This document shows, one piece after another, positions 39,512 through 48,569 of a stretch of 64,000 nucleotides of DNA. How positions within the stretch are numbered: the stretch's first letter is position 1; the number at the start of each line of letters is the position of its first letter. The stretch lies in assembly GCA_963664435.2 (NCBI GenBank), contig CAXXKM010000003.1, positions 1,472,001 to 1,536,000 of the forward strand, written 5' to 3'. Both the position numbers and the translations under genes were made by a program. The stretch is from Longimicrobiales bacterium (GTDB lineage: Bacteria; Gemmatimonadota; Gemmatimonadetes; Longimicrobiales; Gaopeijiaceae). The notes under the pieces were generated by a model. That model did not search any database. It was not told where the DNA came from and saw nothing but the letters and a program-made list of their open reading frames with translations.

Positions 39512-41110
39512 ATGGCGACCGCTACCACGGCCACCGGTCTCGACACCTCACTCGCCGATTCGCTTCGCCAGGCGCTACGCCGCCTGCGCGGCCGCGCCAC
39601 GGTAGGCGATGTCATGGCCTCCACCGGACTCGCGCAGGCGGACGCGGAAAGCGGCCTCAAGAAGCTGCTGGAAACCTATCAGGGACACGTCGAAGTCGGC
39701 GAACAGGGCGACCTCGTGTACGCCTTCCAGCGCCGTCTTCTGCGGCGCGACCACACGCCCCTCTGGGTCCGCTTCCGCTCAACCGCCGCCCGCGTGCTCA
39801 AGACCGCCTTCAAGGTCTGGATCGTGGTCATGCTGGTGGTCTATTTCGTCGTCTTCGTGACCCTGCTGATCGCCGCCCTGATCGCCGCATCGCGCGGAAA
39901 CGATCGCAACGGCGGCTCCATTCTGGGCGGTGGACGGCACCGCGGCGGAGGGTTCAACTTCCCCTTCCTGTTCTGGATCTGGGCCCCGGACTGGCGCCTC
40001 GGCCAGCCCTACTACGGCAACCGCTTCGAGCGCCGGAGCGGGAAGAAGGTGCCTTTCTACAAGAAGGTGTTCGCCTTCGTCTTCGGCCCGGACCGGCCGC
40101 GCCCGAGCCTGCTCGACCGCGACCGCGGCGTCATCCGCCTCATCCGGGCGCGCAAGGGGACGCTCACCGTGCCCGAGCTCGTACGTCACACCGGGCTGCC
40201 GGTCCCGGAAGCGGAAGAGGAGATGGGCCGGCTGATGGGAGCCTACGGCGGAGACGTGCACGTCTCCCGGGAAGGCGAGCTGGTCTACAGCTTCGCCGAT
40301 CTGCTGGTGAGCGCGCACGGGCGGGTTAAGGTGCGCGAGCCTGCTCCGGCGTGGCAGCGGCTCGAGAAGGCCGCCGACTTTACCGGCAACAAGACCGGGA
40401 CAAACGTGCTCGTCGGTTCGCTGAACGGCTTCAATCTGCTGGCCGCGCTCACCGCGCCCGTCCTCATCTTCCCGCCGCTGGGGCTGGGCGGGCTGGGGGC
40501 CGAAATCGGCCTGATCTGGGTCCCGGCGGTCTTCAGCACGCTCTTCTTCGCGGTGCCGCTCGGCAGATGGTTCGGCCACAGGGCCGAAAACGCCCGCCGC
40601 CGGCTGCGCAACGTGCGCAAGGTGCTGCTGGGAATGGTCTTTCGTCAGAGCCTCGGGAGCGCGGCTCCCCTCTCGACGGAGCGCGCCACGGACGATGTGC
40701 GCATCGCGCTGGTGGACCCGGACATCGGCGCGGCGGACGTGCGCAACCAGCTCCAGAAGATGTCCGCCGAATTCGACGCCGAGGTCGAGCCCGCCGATTC
40801 CGGCCAGATCACCTATCGCTTCCCCGCGATCCGCTCCGCCCTCCTCGGAGGGGAAGAGGTGCGGTCCGCGCTCCGCCTCGACAAGCGCCGGGTGGGCCGG
40901 GTGGTCTACTCGAGCGGGGACACCCCGGAGGAGGAATCGGCGCGCGCCCTGGCCAACTTCGACCGCGAGCTGCGCAGGTCCGTGTCCGCCTCCGACAAGG
41001 TGCGCTACCTCGACGACTTCGAGCTCGCCGGCATCGACGCTCCTGCCCCGACGGGACATCGCGTGAAGCCGGGGCGTCCGGCGAGGCCGAAGCGCTCCCG
41101 GAGGTGGTAG
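39512..41110 (+). CDS. Hypothetical membrane protein with three internal wHTH-like repeats
   Basis: Repeats ending GDLVYAF, GELVYSF, GQITYRF separated by TM segments. Confidence 0.75.
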   Translation: MATATTATGLDTSLADSLRQALRRLRGRATVGDVMASTGLAQADAESGLKKLLETYQGHVEVGEQGDLVYAFQRRLLRRDHTPLWVRFRSTAARVLKTAFKVWIVVMLVVYFVVFVTLLIAALIAASRGNDRNGGSILGGGRHRGGGFNFPFLFWIWAPDWRLGQPYYGNRFERRSGKKVPFYKKVFAFVFGPDRPRPSLLDRDRGVIRLIRARKGTLTVPELVRHTGLPVPEAEEEMGRLMGAYGGDVHVSREGELVYSFADLLVSAHGRVKVREPAPAWQRLEKAADFTGNKTGTNVLVGSLNGFNLLAALTAPVLIFPPLGLGGLGAEIGLIWVPAVFSTLFFAVPLGRWFGHRAENARRRLRNVRKVLLGMVFRQSLGSAAPLSTERATDDVRIALVDPDIGAADVRNQLQKMSAEFDAEVEPADSGQITYRFPAIRSALLGGEEVRSALRLDKRRVGRVVYSSGDTPEEESARALANFDRELRRSVSASDKVRYLDDFELAGIDAPAPTGHRVKPGRPARPKRSRRW

Positions 41111-41136
41111 TCCGGTCCGGCGCGACGGGTCTGCGG

Positions 41137-43926
41137 ATGCCGGGCGGCGTCCGTCCCTCCGGATCCCCTGCGGTCCGTTCGCTGGCCATCTCCTTCGCGC
41201 TCCTCCTCCTGCCCGCGTCGCTGGCCGCCCAGCAGACCGACGACGGCGGCGTCCCCGTGCTTGCCGTGCTGCCCCACGCCGAAGCCCCGGAAGCGCGCGC
41301 CGTCCGGACGCCCGGCGAGATCCGCATCGACGGCCGTCTGGACGAGGCGTCCTGGGACAGCGCCGCACCGGTAACGGAGTTCACGCAGATGGACCCGGAC
41401 GAGGGGGTTCCCGTCAGTGAGCGCACCGAAGTCCGGTTCCTGTACGACGACGACGCCCTCTACGTGGGCGCGCGCCTGGCGGACTCGGCCCCGGTCACCA
41501 CCCGGCTCGCCCGCCGCGACGCGGGCGTTCCCGATTCCGACTTCTTCACGGTGACCGTGGACAGCTACCACGATCACCGCACCGCCTATCGCTTCTCCAC
41601 CAATCCCTCGGGGATGAAGCGCGACGAGATACTCAGCGGAGGATCGGGCATCTTCGGCGGCGGCAGGGGGGACGGCCGCGGGGACGGTTCCTGGGATCCG
41701 ATCTGGGACGTCGCCACCTCGGTTACGGACGAGGGCTGGTACGTGGAGATGCGCATCCCCTTCAGCCAACTGCGCTTCAGCACCGACGCGGACCAGATGT
41801 GGGGGCTCCAGATCGAGCGCGTCATCAACCGCAACCAGGAGCGCGCGGTCTTCTCCTTCACGCCCAAGCTGGAACCCGGCGGCGTGGCCCGCTACGGACA
41901 TCTCGACGGAATCGAGGACGTCGCTTCCGGACGCAGGCTGGAGATCCTGCCCTACGGCGGGCTGAGCGCCGAGTACATCCGCCAGACGGCCCCGGCCGAC
42001 GTGTCGTTCGCCAACCCGTTCCGCTCCGGCTCGGACTACTTCGGACGGGCGGGCGCGGACCTCAAGTACCGGCTCGGCTCGAACCTCACCCTCGACGCCA
42101 CCGTGAACCCCGACTTCGGCCAGGTCGAGGTGGACCCGGCGGTGATCAACCTGACCGCCTTCGAGACCCGCTTCGACGAACGGCGCCCGTTCTTCGTGGA
42201 GGGCGGGGAGATCTTCCAGTACGCACGCGGCGGACCCGGGGGCAGCACCGGCCGCCCCCCCACCGTCATGTACTCGCGCCGCATCGGACGCAGGCCGCAG
42301 GGACCGATGGCGTCGGACGCGGTCTTCTCGGACGCGCCCACCTCGACCACCATCCTCGGGGCCGCCAAGATCACCGGGAAGGTGGGCGACGGCTGGTCGG
42401 TCGGGCTGCTGGAGGCAGTGACCGGGCGCGAGATGGCCCCGTACGTGGACGCCGGCGGGGTCCGTGGCGAAACCGAACTCGAACCCGCCACCAACTACCT
42501 GGCGGGACGGCTGCGGCGCGACCTCCGGGACGGCCTCACCCAGCTGGGCGCCATGGCCACCGCCGTCAACCGCGGCCTCTCGGCCAGCATGCTGGGCGAT
42601 CGCCTGCACTCCTCCGCGTACGTCGCCGGTGTGGACTTCATCCACGAGTGGGACGACCGCTCCTGGCGCATCAACGGCGCCTTCTCCGGGAGCCTCGTCT
42701 CCGGCAGCGAGGCGGCCATCCTGCGTACCCAGCGTGCGTCGGCCCGGTACTTCCAGCGCCCCGACGGCAACCGCGTCCTGGACCCGGACGCCACCTCGCT
42801 GGGCGGCCACTACGCGATGTTCGACCTCAACAAGCAGTCGGGCTCGTTCACGGCGCGAATCGCCATGGCGAACATCAGCCCGGACTACGAGGTCAACGAC
42901 ATCGGCTTCCAGACCGAGGCCGACCGGATCATGCTCGACACCCACCTCACCTGGCGCCAGCCGCGCCCGGGAACGTGGCTGCGCAACTGGTCGGTCTCCG
43001 GCGGCCCGGACGGCAAGTGGAACACGGCCGGCGACCGCCTGCACTCGGAGTTAAACGTCAACCTGAACTGGCAGTGGCTGAACTACTGGGGCGGCTCGGT
43101 CCGCGGCGTGATTCGGGCGCCCACCGACGACGACCGCCTCACCCGCGGCGGCCCGCTCGCCCGCAATCCACAATACTACGCGGGCAACGCAAACCTTTCC
43201 TCCGATTCGCGGCAGCCCGTAAGCGGAAGAGCCAGCTACAACTGGGCCTTCGACGAAGCCGGATCCCGGAGCCACACCGGGTCGCTGAACGTCACCTACA
43301 AGTCGGGCGAGAAGCTGGAGCTGCGTCTGGGTCCCAGGCTCACCCGCAGCTACGCCGAAGCCCAGTACGTGACTTCCCGTGACGACCCGCTGGCCACCGC
43401 CACCTTCGGCCGACGCTACATCTTCGCGCCCATCGATCAGACCACGCTGTCTCTCGACACCCGCCTGAACGTCACCTTCTCGCCTACGCTGACCCTCCAG
43501 GTCTACGCCCAGCCGCTCATCTCCAGCGGCGACTACGGGGGCCTCAAGGAATTCCGAAGGCCGGGGACCTTCGACTTCCTGCGCTACGGCGAAGACGCCG
43601 GCACGATGTACCGGCTGGAGAGCGGCGGTTTCCTGATCGATCCCGACGGCACCGGCGCGGCCCCCGAGATCACCATCCACGACCAGGACTTCAACGTGCG
43701 CAGCCTGCGCGGCAACGCGGTGCTGCGGTGGGAGTGGAGCCCCGGCTCGACGCTCTTCCTGGTCTGGCAGCAGCGACGCTACCACCGCGCGCTGCGCGAC
43801 GCCTGGGACCCGCTCGCGTCCGACGGCGTCGGCGACTTCGACTTCCGCTACGACGCCGGCGAGCTCGTGCGCATCCGCCCGGACAACATCTTCCTGGTCA
43901 AGGTGAACTACTGGCTGAACCTGTGA
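41137..43926 (+). CDS. DUF5916 protein with CBM9-like N-domain (second paralog)
   Basis: IDGRLDE..W, VEMRIPFSQLRF, NPDFGQVEVDPAVINL, YSRRIG, VKVNYWL; start 41104 or 41137. Confidence 0.87.
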   Translation: MPGGVRPSGSPAVRSLAISFALLLLPASLAAQQTDDGGVPVLAVLPHAEAPEARAVRTPGEIRIDGRLDEASWDSAAPVTEFTQMDPDEGVPVSERTEVRFLYDDDALYVGARLADSAPVTTRLARRDAGVPDSDFFTVTVDSYHDHRTAYRFSTNPSGMKRDEILSGGSGIFGGGRGDGRGDGSWDPIWDVATSVTDEGWYVEMRIPFSQLRFSTDADQMWGLQIERVINRNQERAVFSFTPKLEPGGVARYGHLDGIEDVASGRRLEILPYGGLSAEYIRQTAPADVSFANPFRSGSDYFGRAGADLKYRLGSNLTLDATVNPDFGQVEVDPAVINLTAFETRFDERRPFFVEGGEIFQYARGGPGGSTGRPPTVMYSRRIGRRPQGPMASDAVFSDAPTSTTILGAAKITGKVGDGWSVGLLEAVTGREMAPYVDAGGVRGETELEPATNYLAGRLRRDLRDGLTQLGAMATAVNRGLSASMLGDRLHSSAYVAGVDFIHEWDDRSWRINGAFSGSLVSGSEAAILRTQRASARYFQRPDGNRVLDPDATSLGGHYAMFDLNKQSGSFTARIAMANISPDYEVNDIGFQTEADRIMLDTHLTWRQPRPGTWLRNWSVSGGPDGKWNTAGDRLHSELNVNLNWQWLNYWGGSVRGVIRAPTDDDRLTRGGPLARNPQYYAGNANLSSDSRQPVSGRASYNWAFDEAGSRSHTGSLNVTYKSGEKLELRLGPRLTRSYAEAQYVTSRDDPLATATFGRRYIFAPIDQTTLSLDTRLNVTFSPTLTLQVYAQPLISSGDYGGLKEFRRPGTFDFLRYGEDAGTMYRLESGGFLIDPDGTGAAPEITIHDQDFNVRSLRGNAVLRWEWSPGSTLFLVWQQRRYHRALRDAWDPLASDGVGDFDFRYDAGELVRIRPDNIFLVKVNYWLNL

Positions 43927-43938
43927 CGGAGGCGGCGT

Positions 43939-44421
43939 CTACCCGAACAGGCGCTCATCCCATCGCACCGGCATCTCGGGACCGGCCTGGAGTTGTGGAA
44001 ACTCGGGATGGTCGGCGTTGATGATCACGTTCCGCTCCATGCGCGTCACAACCGAGGGCACAAGCAGGATCGCGCTCCGTCGTTGCACATACCAGTCATG
44101 GCCGAATCGGCGCGCCGAAGGGCCCTCGGGCAAATCCCAACCCGGCACCGTACTCACGTCAACGACCTCGTAACTGGCACCGGCCGGTACAAGGATCTCG
44201 ATGAAGTACTGGTTCGCGGGCGGAACCCCATTCCATCGAACCAGCATCTCGAGCATGGCGGTCGAGTAGTGCTCCGAGGCGTAGATGACCCGGTCACCTC
44301 GCCTGTGCCAACGGCCATCAACGCTCCGAGCGCCGGCAGCGCTGTAGATCCTCCACCTGCCCTCCGGATCGCCGATCCTGAACGCGCATAGCGGCTCTGA
44401 CAGTCGCTTGGAACCAGTCAA
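43939..44421 (-). CDS. RES-domain toxin
   Basis: FRI, GA....GRW, IYAS....A.LE, LVPS, N.DHP; overlaps antitoxin stop. Confidence 0.88.
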   Translation of the reverse strand: MTGSKRLSEPLCAFRIGDPEGRWRIYSAAGARSVDGRWHRRGDRVIYASEHYSTAMLEMLVRWNGVPPANQYFIEILVPAGASYEVVDVSTVPGWDLPEGPSARRFGHDWYVQRRSAILLVPSVVTRMERNVIINADHPEFPQLQAGPEMPVRWDERLFG

Positions 44422-44897
44422 ACGGCGATGCCGGCTTCCGCGCGCCGCACGAGATTGAGTACGACATCCGCGCCGGCGGAGCAGGAGACCGCCATTTCAT
44501 AGGGCGTGGCCCCGTCGAGCAGTGGATGGCGACGGTGGAGAAAGGCGTCCATTCGTCGCTTGTCTCCGTGGAGCGCGCGCCCCAGGGCATGGAGCACCCG
44601 CCCGAGCTCGTATATCCTCTCACTGTGCCGGCGAGAGAGAGGCTTCCCGGCCTTGCGGTGACGACGGAGCGTGGCTTCCGAGACCACGGTGCCGATGACG
44701 CGGGATGACCCGAGCAACTCGTAGAGCGCGGAGACACAACTCGTCGGGAGCCCTGCAGCGATTCGGCGGGCCAGAGCGACCTCGTCCAGGCGCTCGGCGT
44801 CATTCAACTTCAACAGCCGACCGAGCTGCACGGTCTCACTACCCTCCATGCAGTCGAGGCTGGCGTAGGCTTCGAGCACGTCCACGATCGGCTCCAT
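44418..44897 (-). CDS. Xre/MbcA/ParS-type antitoxin
   Basis: GLP, SEATL.R, SERI, FL...HPLL.G.TP. Confidence 0.85.
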   Translation of the reverse strand: MEPIVDVLEAYASLDCMEGSETVQLGRLLKLNDAERLDEVALARRIAAGLPTSCVSALYELLGSSRVIGTVVSEATLRRHRKAGKPLSRRHSERIYELGRVLHALGRALHGDKRRMDAFLHRRHPLLDGATPYEMAVSCSAGADVVLNLVRRAEAGIAV

Positions 44898-44898
44898 G

Positions 44899-44927
44899 TG
44901 GCGAAAATGTCAGATGACGCCAATATA
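44899..44927 (-). promoter_or_regulatory. Putative TA promoter/operator
   Basis: -10-like TATATT; palindromes tggcg...cgcca and gtca-ga-tgac immediately upstream of the antitoxin. Confidence 0.45.
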
Positions 44928-44988
44928 GCGATCATGTGACGGACGCGCTACCTGGCATCGTTGCAATGTGCTGGTGGGCTCGTCCCCA

Positions 44989-45930
44989 TCAATCCCGCGT
45001 GACCACCACCCGGAACCCGATGAACTCGCGGCGGACATCCGGCCCCGCAGCACCCCGGATGGCAGCGCGCACGTTGCGGATGGGGTCGGTGAACGAGCCG
45101 CCGCGCATCACCCAGAGCGCTTCTCCTTCCAGCCCCTCGCGGTCGTCGGCTTCGTCGTAGGGATAGGGCTGGTAGGGGCTGCGGGTCCACTCCCAGACGT
45201 TGCCGCTCATGTCGGCGAGCCCGTGGGCGCACTCCGGGCACACCAGTTCACCCACGGCCGTCGCGACGCCCGAAGCGACGTTGGCCCGGTCGGCGCGCAA
45301 CTCGTTCCCCCACGGAAAGATGCGCCCGTCGTCGCCACGAGCGGCCTTCTCCCACTGCGCCTCGCTCGGCAGCGTCACGCGCCAACCCGAGGCAAGGCTG
45401 CTGGTCAACTCCGGGGGCGTCGCCGGGGAGTCGCGCAGCAGCTCTTCCAGCCACCGGCAGTAGGCCAGGGCGTCCGGCCAGGAGACGAACGACACGGGAT
45501 GGAGCAGTGCCCCGGCCACCGCCTGCGGGTCCACTTCGTAGCCGGTGGCTTCCGCGAAGGCGCGGAACTGGGCGATCGTCACCTCACTCCGCCCGATCAA
45601 GAAGGCCGGCACATGGACCGTACCCTGCGGCTGGCCTGCACTCCAGCGCTCGACGTCGTAGGAGAGCGTGTCGAGGCCCGGGTCGCTCCCCATGAGGAAG
45701 GACCCTTCAGCGATCTCCACGAAGCCCAGCAGTGGATCGTCCGGGAGATGGCCGAGATCGGCGCGGTAGCCCGGAAGCCCGGGAGAGGGGTCCGCAGATT
45801 CGGCGGGAGCGGACGCGAGTCCCTCCGAATCCAATGCCCCGGATCCGGCCCGAGCCATCTGATTCCGATAGTCCAGCCACACGCCAGCGAAGATCAGGCC
45901 CACTACCGCAAGCACCGCCAGAAGCCTCAT
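44989..45930 (-). CDS. Membrane-anchored FGE-sulfatase (SUMF1-like) domain protein lacking catalytic cysteines
   Basis: FLMGS, EVT..QF, HPV..VSW.DA, LPSEAQWEKAARG, DMSGNVWEW, RGGSF, IGFRVV; alternative start 45969. Confidence 0.88.
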   Translation of the reverse strand: MRLLAVLAVVGLIFAGVWLDYRNQMARAGSGALDSEGLASAPAESADPSPGLPGYRADLGHLPDDPLLGFVEIAEGSFLMGSDPGLDTLSYDVERWSAGQPQGTVHVPAFLIGRSEVTIAQFRAFAEATGYEVDPQAVAGALLHPVSFVSWPDALAYCRWLEELLRDSPATPPELTSSLASGWRVTLPSEAQWEKAARGDDGRIFPWGNELRADRANVASGVATAVGELVCPECAHGLADMSGNVWEWTRSPYQPYPYDEADDREGLEGEALWVMRGGSFTDPIRNVRAAIRGAAGPDVRREFIGFRVVVTRD

Positions 45931-46009
45931 GGGACCCCGCTCCCGAACCTCATCGGGCGTCGCTCCCAAGACGCATCAACGTCTTCGTCCCGCTGAGCGT
46001 GATCCTGTC

Positions 46010-47650
46010 TCATACTTTCGAGCCTAACCGCGCCTCCGTCCCGAGCCGCTCGCACGCAAACGCCCAGCGATGGGCGCAGGCGCGCGCGTAGAGTTCGGTT
46101 TCCGGCATGTCCATCAGGTTCAGGCCTCCCTGCCGCAGCAGCAGCCTGAGATCCAGGGGACGCGGAGGCGCGCGGCTCACCACCGACGGATCGAGCAGGT
46201 TCACGCAGCCCGCCTGGAACTGCGCCTCGCACGCCCGCGCGAAGAGGCCCAGCGCCAGCTCCGCGTCGCGCTCCACGATCCGGCCTTCGACGTAGTGCGC
46301 GCCCAGCTCGTTGCACGCCCATCCCGCATTGTCGGCGCAGTAGCTCGCCTCGATGCGCACCAGCCGTTCGCAGGCGTTGGGCCGCCCTTCCATGCACGCC
46401 TCTTCCCAGAACGGCAGCATGTCGCCCCGGTGGGGGCCGTCGGTGCGCCCGGTCGCGGCCATGGCGCCGAAAAAGACGATCCACACGGCCATGTGGGCCA
46501 GGTTGGCCGCCGCCCAGGGCGCGCGTGAGAGGCGCCGGACGCCCGGACGCCTCTGGAGCGCGCGCACGAAGCGATCGATCAGGGGCACGCTCAGGTTGAG
46601 CAGCGGCACGCACAGCAGCTTGTCGTAGAAGGTCGGCGCGCCCACGGCCTCGAGGAACCAGAACAGCCCGAAGACCCCGGCCCCGTAGAGCGCCCCGAAG
46701 ATGGCCCTGCCGGTGCGCGTGCGCGGGGAAGTCGACGGGTCCGTGACCAGCAGGTGCAGCCCCAGGAAGACCGCAGCCGGAATCTCGGAATCGATGAAGT
46801 ACGGGACCCCGGCCGCCGCTCCGTAGAGCGCGCTCAGCCCGAAGAGCGCGGCCGCCGCAAACGCCGACACCAGGGTCACCCGGAAGAAGTACATCACCAC
46901 CAGGCCGAGCCCGAAGAGCAGCAGGTAGATCGCGGGGACGAAGGTGAGCGTCGTTGCGATATCCTGCCCCCACGTCAGGTCGCTGGTGCCCGTCCCGATC
47001 AGCGCCAGCGAAAACAGCCCCAGCGAGAACGCCGAGGGGTTGAAGATGTGCGTGCGCCTCCCCTCGCGCCGCCACTGCACGAACGCCTTCCCCAGGAATC
47101 CCGCCCCCACCATCAGGAACTGCAGGTAGAACCAGTCGTCCGTGAACCAGAGGAAGAGGTTCGTGCTGAAGATGATGGGAAAGGGCCCGAAGCCGAGGAC
47201 GTAGCGCTCGCCCCGCGACCAGGCGAGCAGCATGTCGAAGGCGTATGCGAAGATCAGCTGCGCCAGCAGAAGCCCGGCGAAGTCGTAGACCGGCCGCCAG
47301 TACCAGCCCCAGACGGCGAACACCGTAAGCTGCACGAGGGCCTGCAGATAGTGCTGCGGGCGCAGTACGACCTGGAAGCCGCGGGACGCCCCGGCGCGCG
47401 ACAGCCTCGCGAACAGTATTCCCTGCCAGATCAGCAGCCCGGCAACCGCCGCCAGGAACGCGAAGCCGAGCCGGGCGTTGTCGGCTACGCGCGGCGCTAG
47501 GGAGAGGAGAAGGAGGCCCAGCGTCAGGAAGAGCGGGACGAGGAAGACGCGGCGCAGCTCCCTGCCGCGAGACCGGGGTCTCGTTCCCGGCTTCGGCGGC
47601 GAAGGAACTTCGCGACCAGGGATGCCGCTGACGGTACCCCCTCCCCTCAG
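46010..47650 (-). CDS. RnfD/NqrB(UnbU)-like membrane protein with C-terminal Cx7C Sel1-like repeats; probable CTG start
   Basis: HIFNPS, VTDPSTSP.T..GR.IFG; frame open 105 codons above GTG 47335, with two TM helices, up to a CTG overlapping the upstream TGA. Confidence 0.72.
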   Translation of the reverse strand: MRGGGTVSGIPGREVPSPPKPGTRPRSRGRELRRVFLVPLFLTLGLLLLSLAPRVADNARLGFAFLAAVAGLLIWQGILFARLSRAGASRGFQVVLRPQHYLQALVQLTVFAVWGWYWRPVYDFAGLLLAQLIFAYAFDMLLAWSRGERYVLGFGPFPIIFSTNLFLWFTDDWFYLQFLMVGAGFLGKAFVQWRREGRRTHIFNPSAFSLGLFSLALIGTGTSDLTWGQDIATTLTFVPAIYLLLFGLGLVVMYFFRVTLVSAFAAAALFGLSALYGAAAGVPYFIDSEIPAAVFLGLHLLVTDPSTSPRTRTGRAIFGALYGAGVFGLFWFLEAVGAPTFYDKLLCVPLLNLSVPLIDRFVRALQRRPGVRRLSRAPWAAANLAHMAVWIVFFGAMAATGRTDGPHRGDMLPFWEEACMEGRPNACERLVRIEASYCADNAGWACNELGAHYVEGRIVERDAELALGLFARACEAQFQAGCVNLLDPSVVSRAPPRPLDLRLLLRQGGLNLMDMPETELYARACAHRWAFACERLGTEARLGSKV

Positions 47651-48555
47651 CCCGGCGGCCGCTGCGGACCCGTCTCCGCGGGCAGCCCCAGCAGGCTCCA
47701 GTCGTTCCAGGAACCGTCGTAGAAGCGGGTCTCATGGCCCATCAGGCGCGAGACGAAGTAGTTCACGCTGGCGCGCATCCCGATGTAGCAGTAGCTGATG
47801 ACGGTCTCGCCGGGATCGATGCCCGCGCGCCGGAACAGGGCCTCCATCTGCTCGCGCGAAACGAAGCGCGGCTCTTCGCGAGAGAGGATGAACTCCTCCC
47901 AGTAGACGTGCCCGGCGCCGGGGATGTGGCCCGGCCGGTAGGTGCCGTCGCGCCCGTTGTCGGCCCCGGTGTACTCGTTGTCGGGGCGGCCGTCCAGAAG
48001 GGCGTACCCGGCGCTGTTCCGGCGTTCGTCCACCCACTCCGCGTCCACGAAGACGTCGTCCTGGACGCGAGGGTCGAAGGAACCGCGCCCGCCGGACACC
48101 GGGCCGGTCGCGACCTGCCGCCCCGCGTCCCGCCACGCGAGGAGCCCGCCGTCCATTATCGACACCTGTTCATGGCCGAGGTGCTCGAGGGTCACGAACG
48201 CGCGCGCGGCGGGGATGGAGGTGCCATAGAGGACGACGTGCAGCTCGTTGGAGATCCCCGCCTGCCGGAAAGCCTCGACCACCTGCTCCAGCGGCGGGAG
48301 TTCGACCAGCCGTTCACCCACCTGGGTCACGATCTCCTGGTACGGCAGGAAACGGGCGCCGGGGATGTGACCTTCCCGGAAGGTAGACTCGTCGTACTCG
48401 ACGTTCAGGAGCAGGAGGCCGGGGTCGTCGAGACGGTCCGCGAGCCAGTCCTCGGTGACGAGGAGAGGATGGGCTTGCTGTGCCAGGCCGGAGGCCGGCA
48501 GCAGCACGGCCGCCAGCACCAGCACCCGTCGTACACCGCGTCGCTTGATCCTCAT
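47647..48555 (-). CDS. Exported tandem-domain sulfurtransferase (rhodanese/MST type)
   Basis: Signal peptide; GHIPGA twice, DGG..AW, YCYIGMRAS, YDGSW.DW. Confidence 0.88.
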   Translation of the reverse strand: MRIKRRGVRRVLVLAAVLLPASGLAQQAHPLLVTEDWLADRLDDPGLLLLNVEYDESTFREGHIPGARFLPYQEIVTQVGERLVELPPLEQVVEAFRQAGISNELHVVLYGTSIPAARAFVTLEHLGHEQVSIMDGGLLAWRDAGRQVATGPVSGGRGSFDPRVQDDVFVDAEWVDERRNSAGYALLDGRPDNEYTGADNGRDGTYRPGHIPGAGHVYWEEFILSREEPRFVSREQMEALFRRAGIDPGETVISYCYIGMRASVNYFVSRLMGHETRFYDGSWNDWSLLGLPAETGPQRPPG

Positions 48556-48569
48556 TGTCCTGCTCCGTG

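Noticed and set aside
44989..45200. FGE/C-type-lectin C-terminus as a DGR variable region
   Set aside because: No reverse transcriptase or template repeat seen in the window
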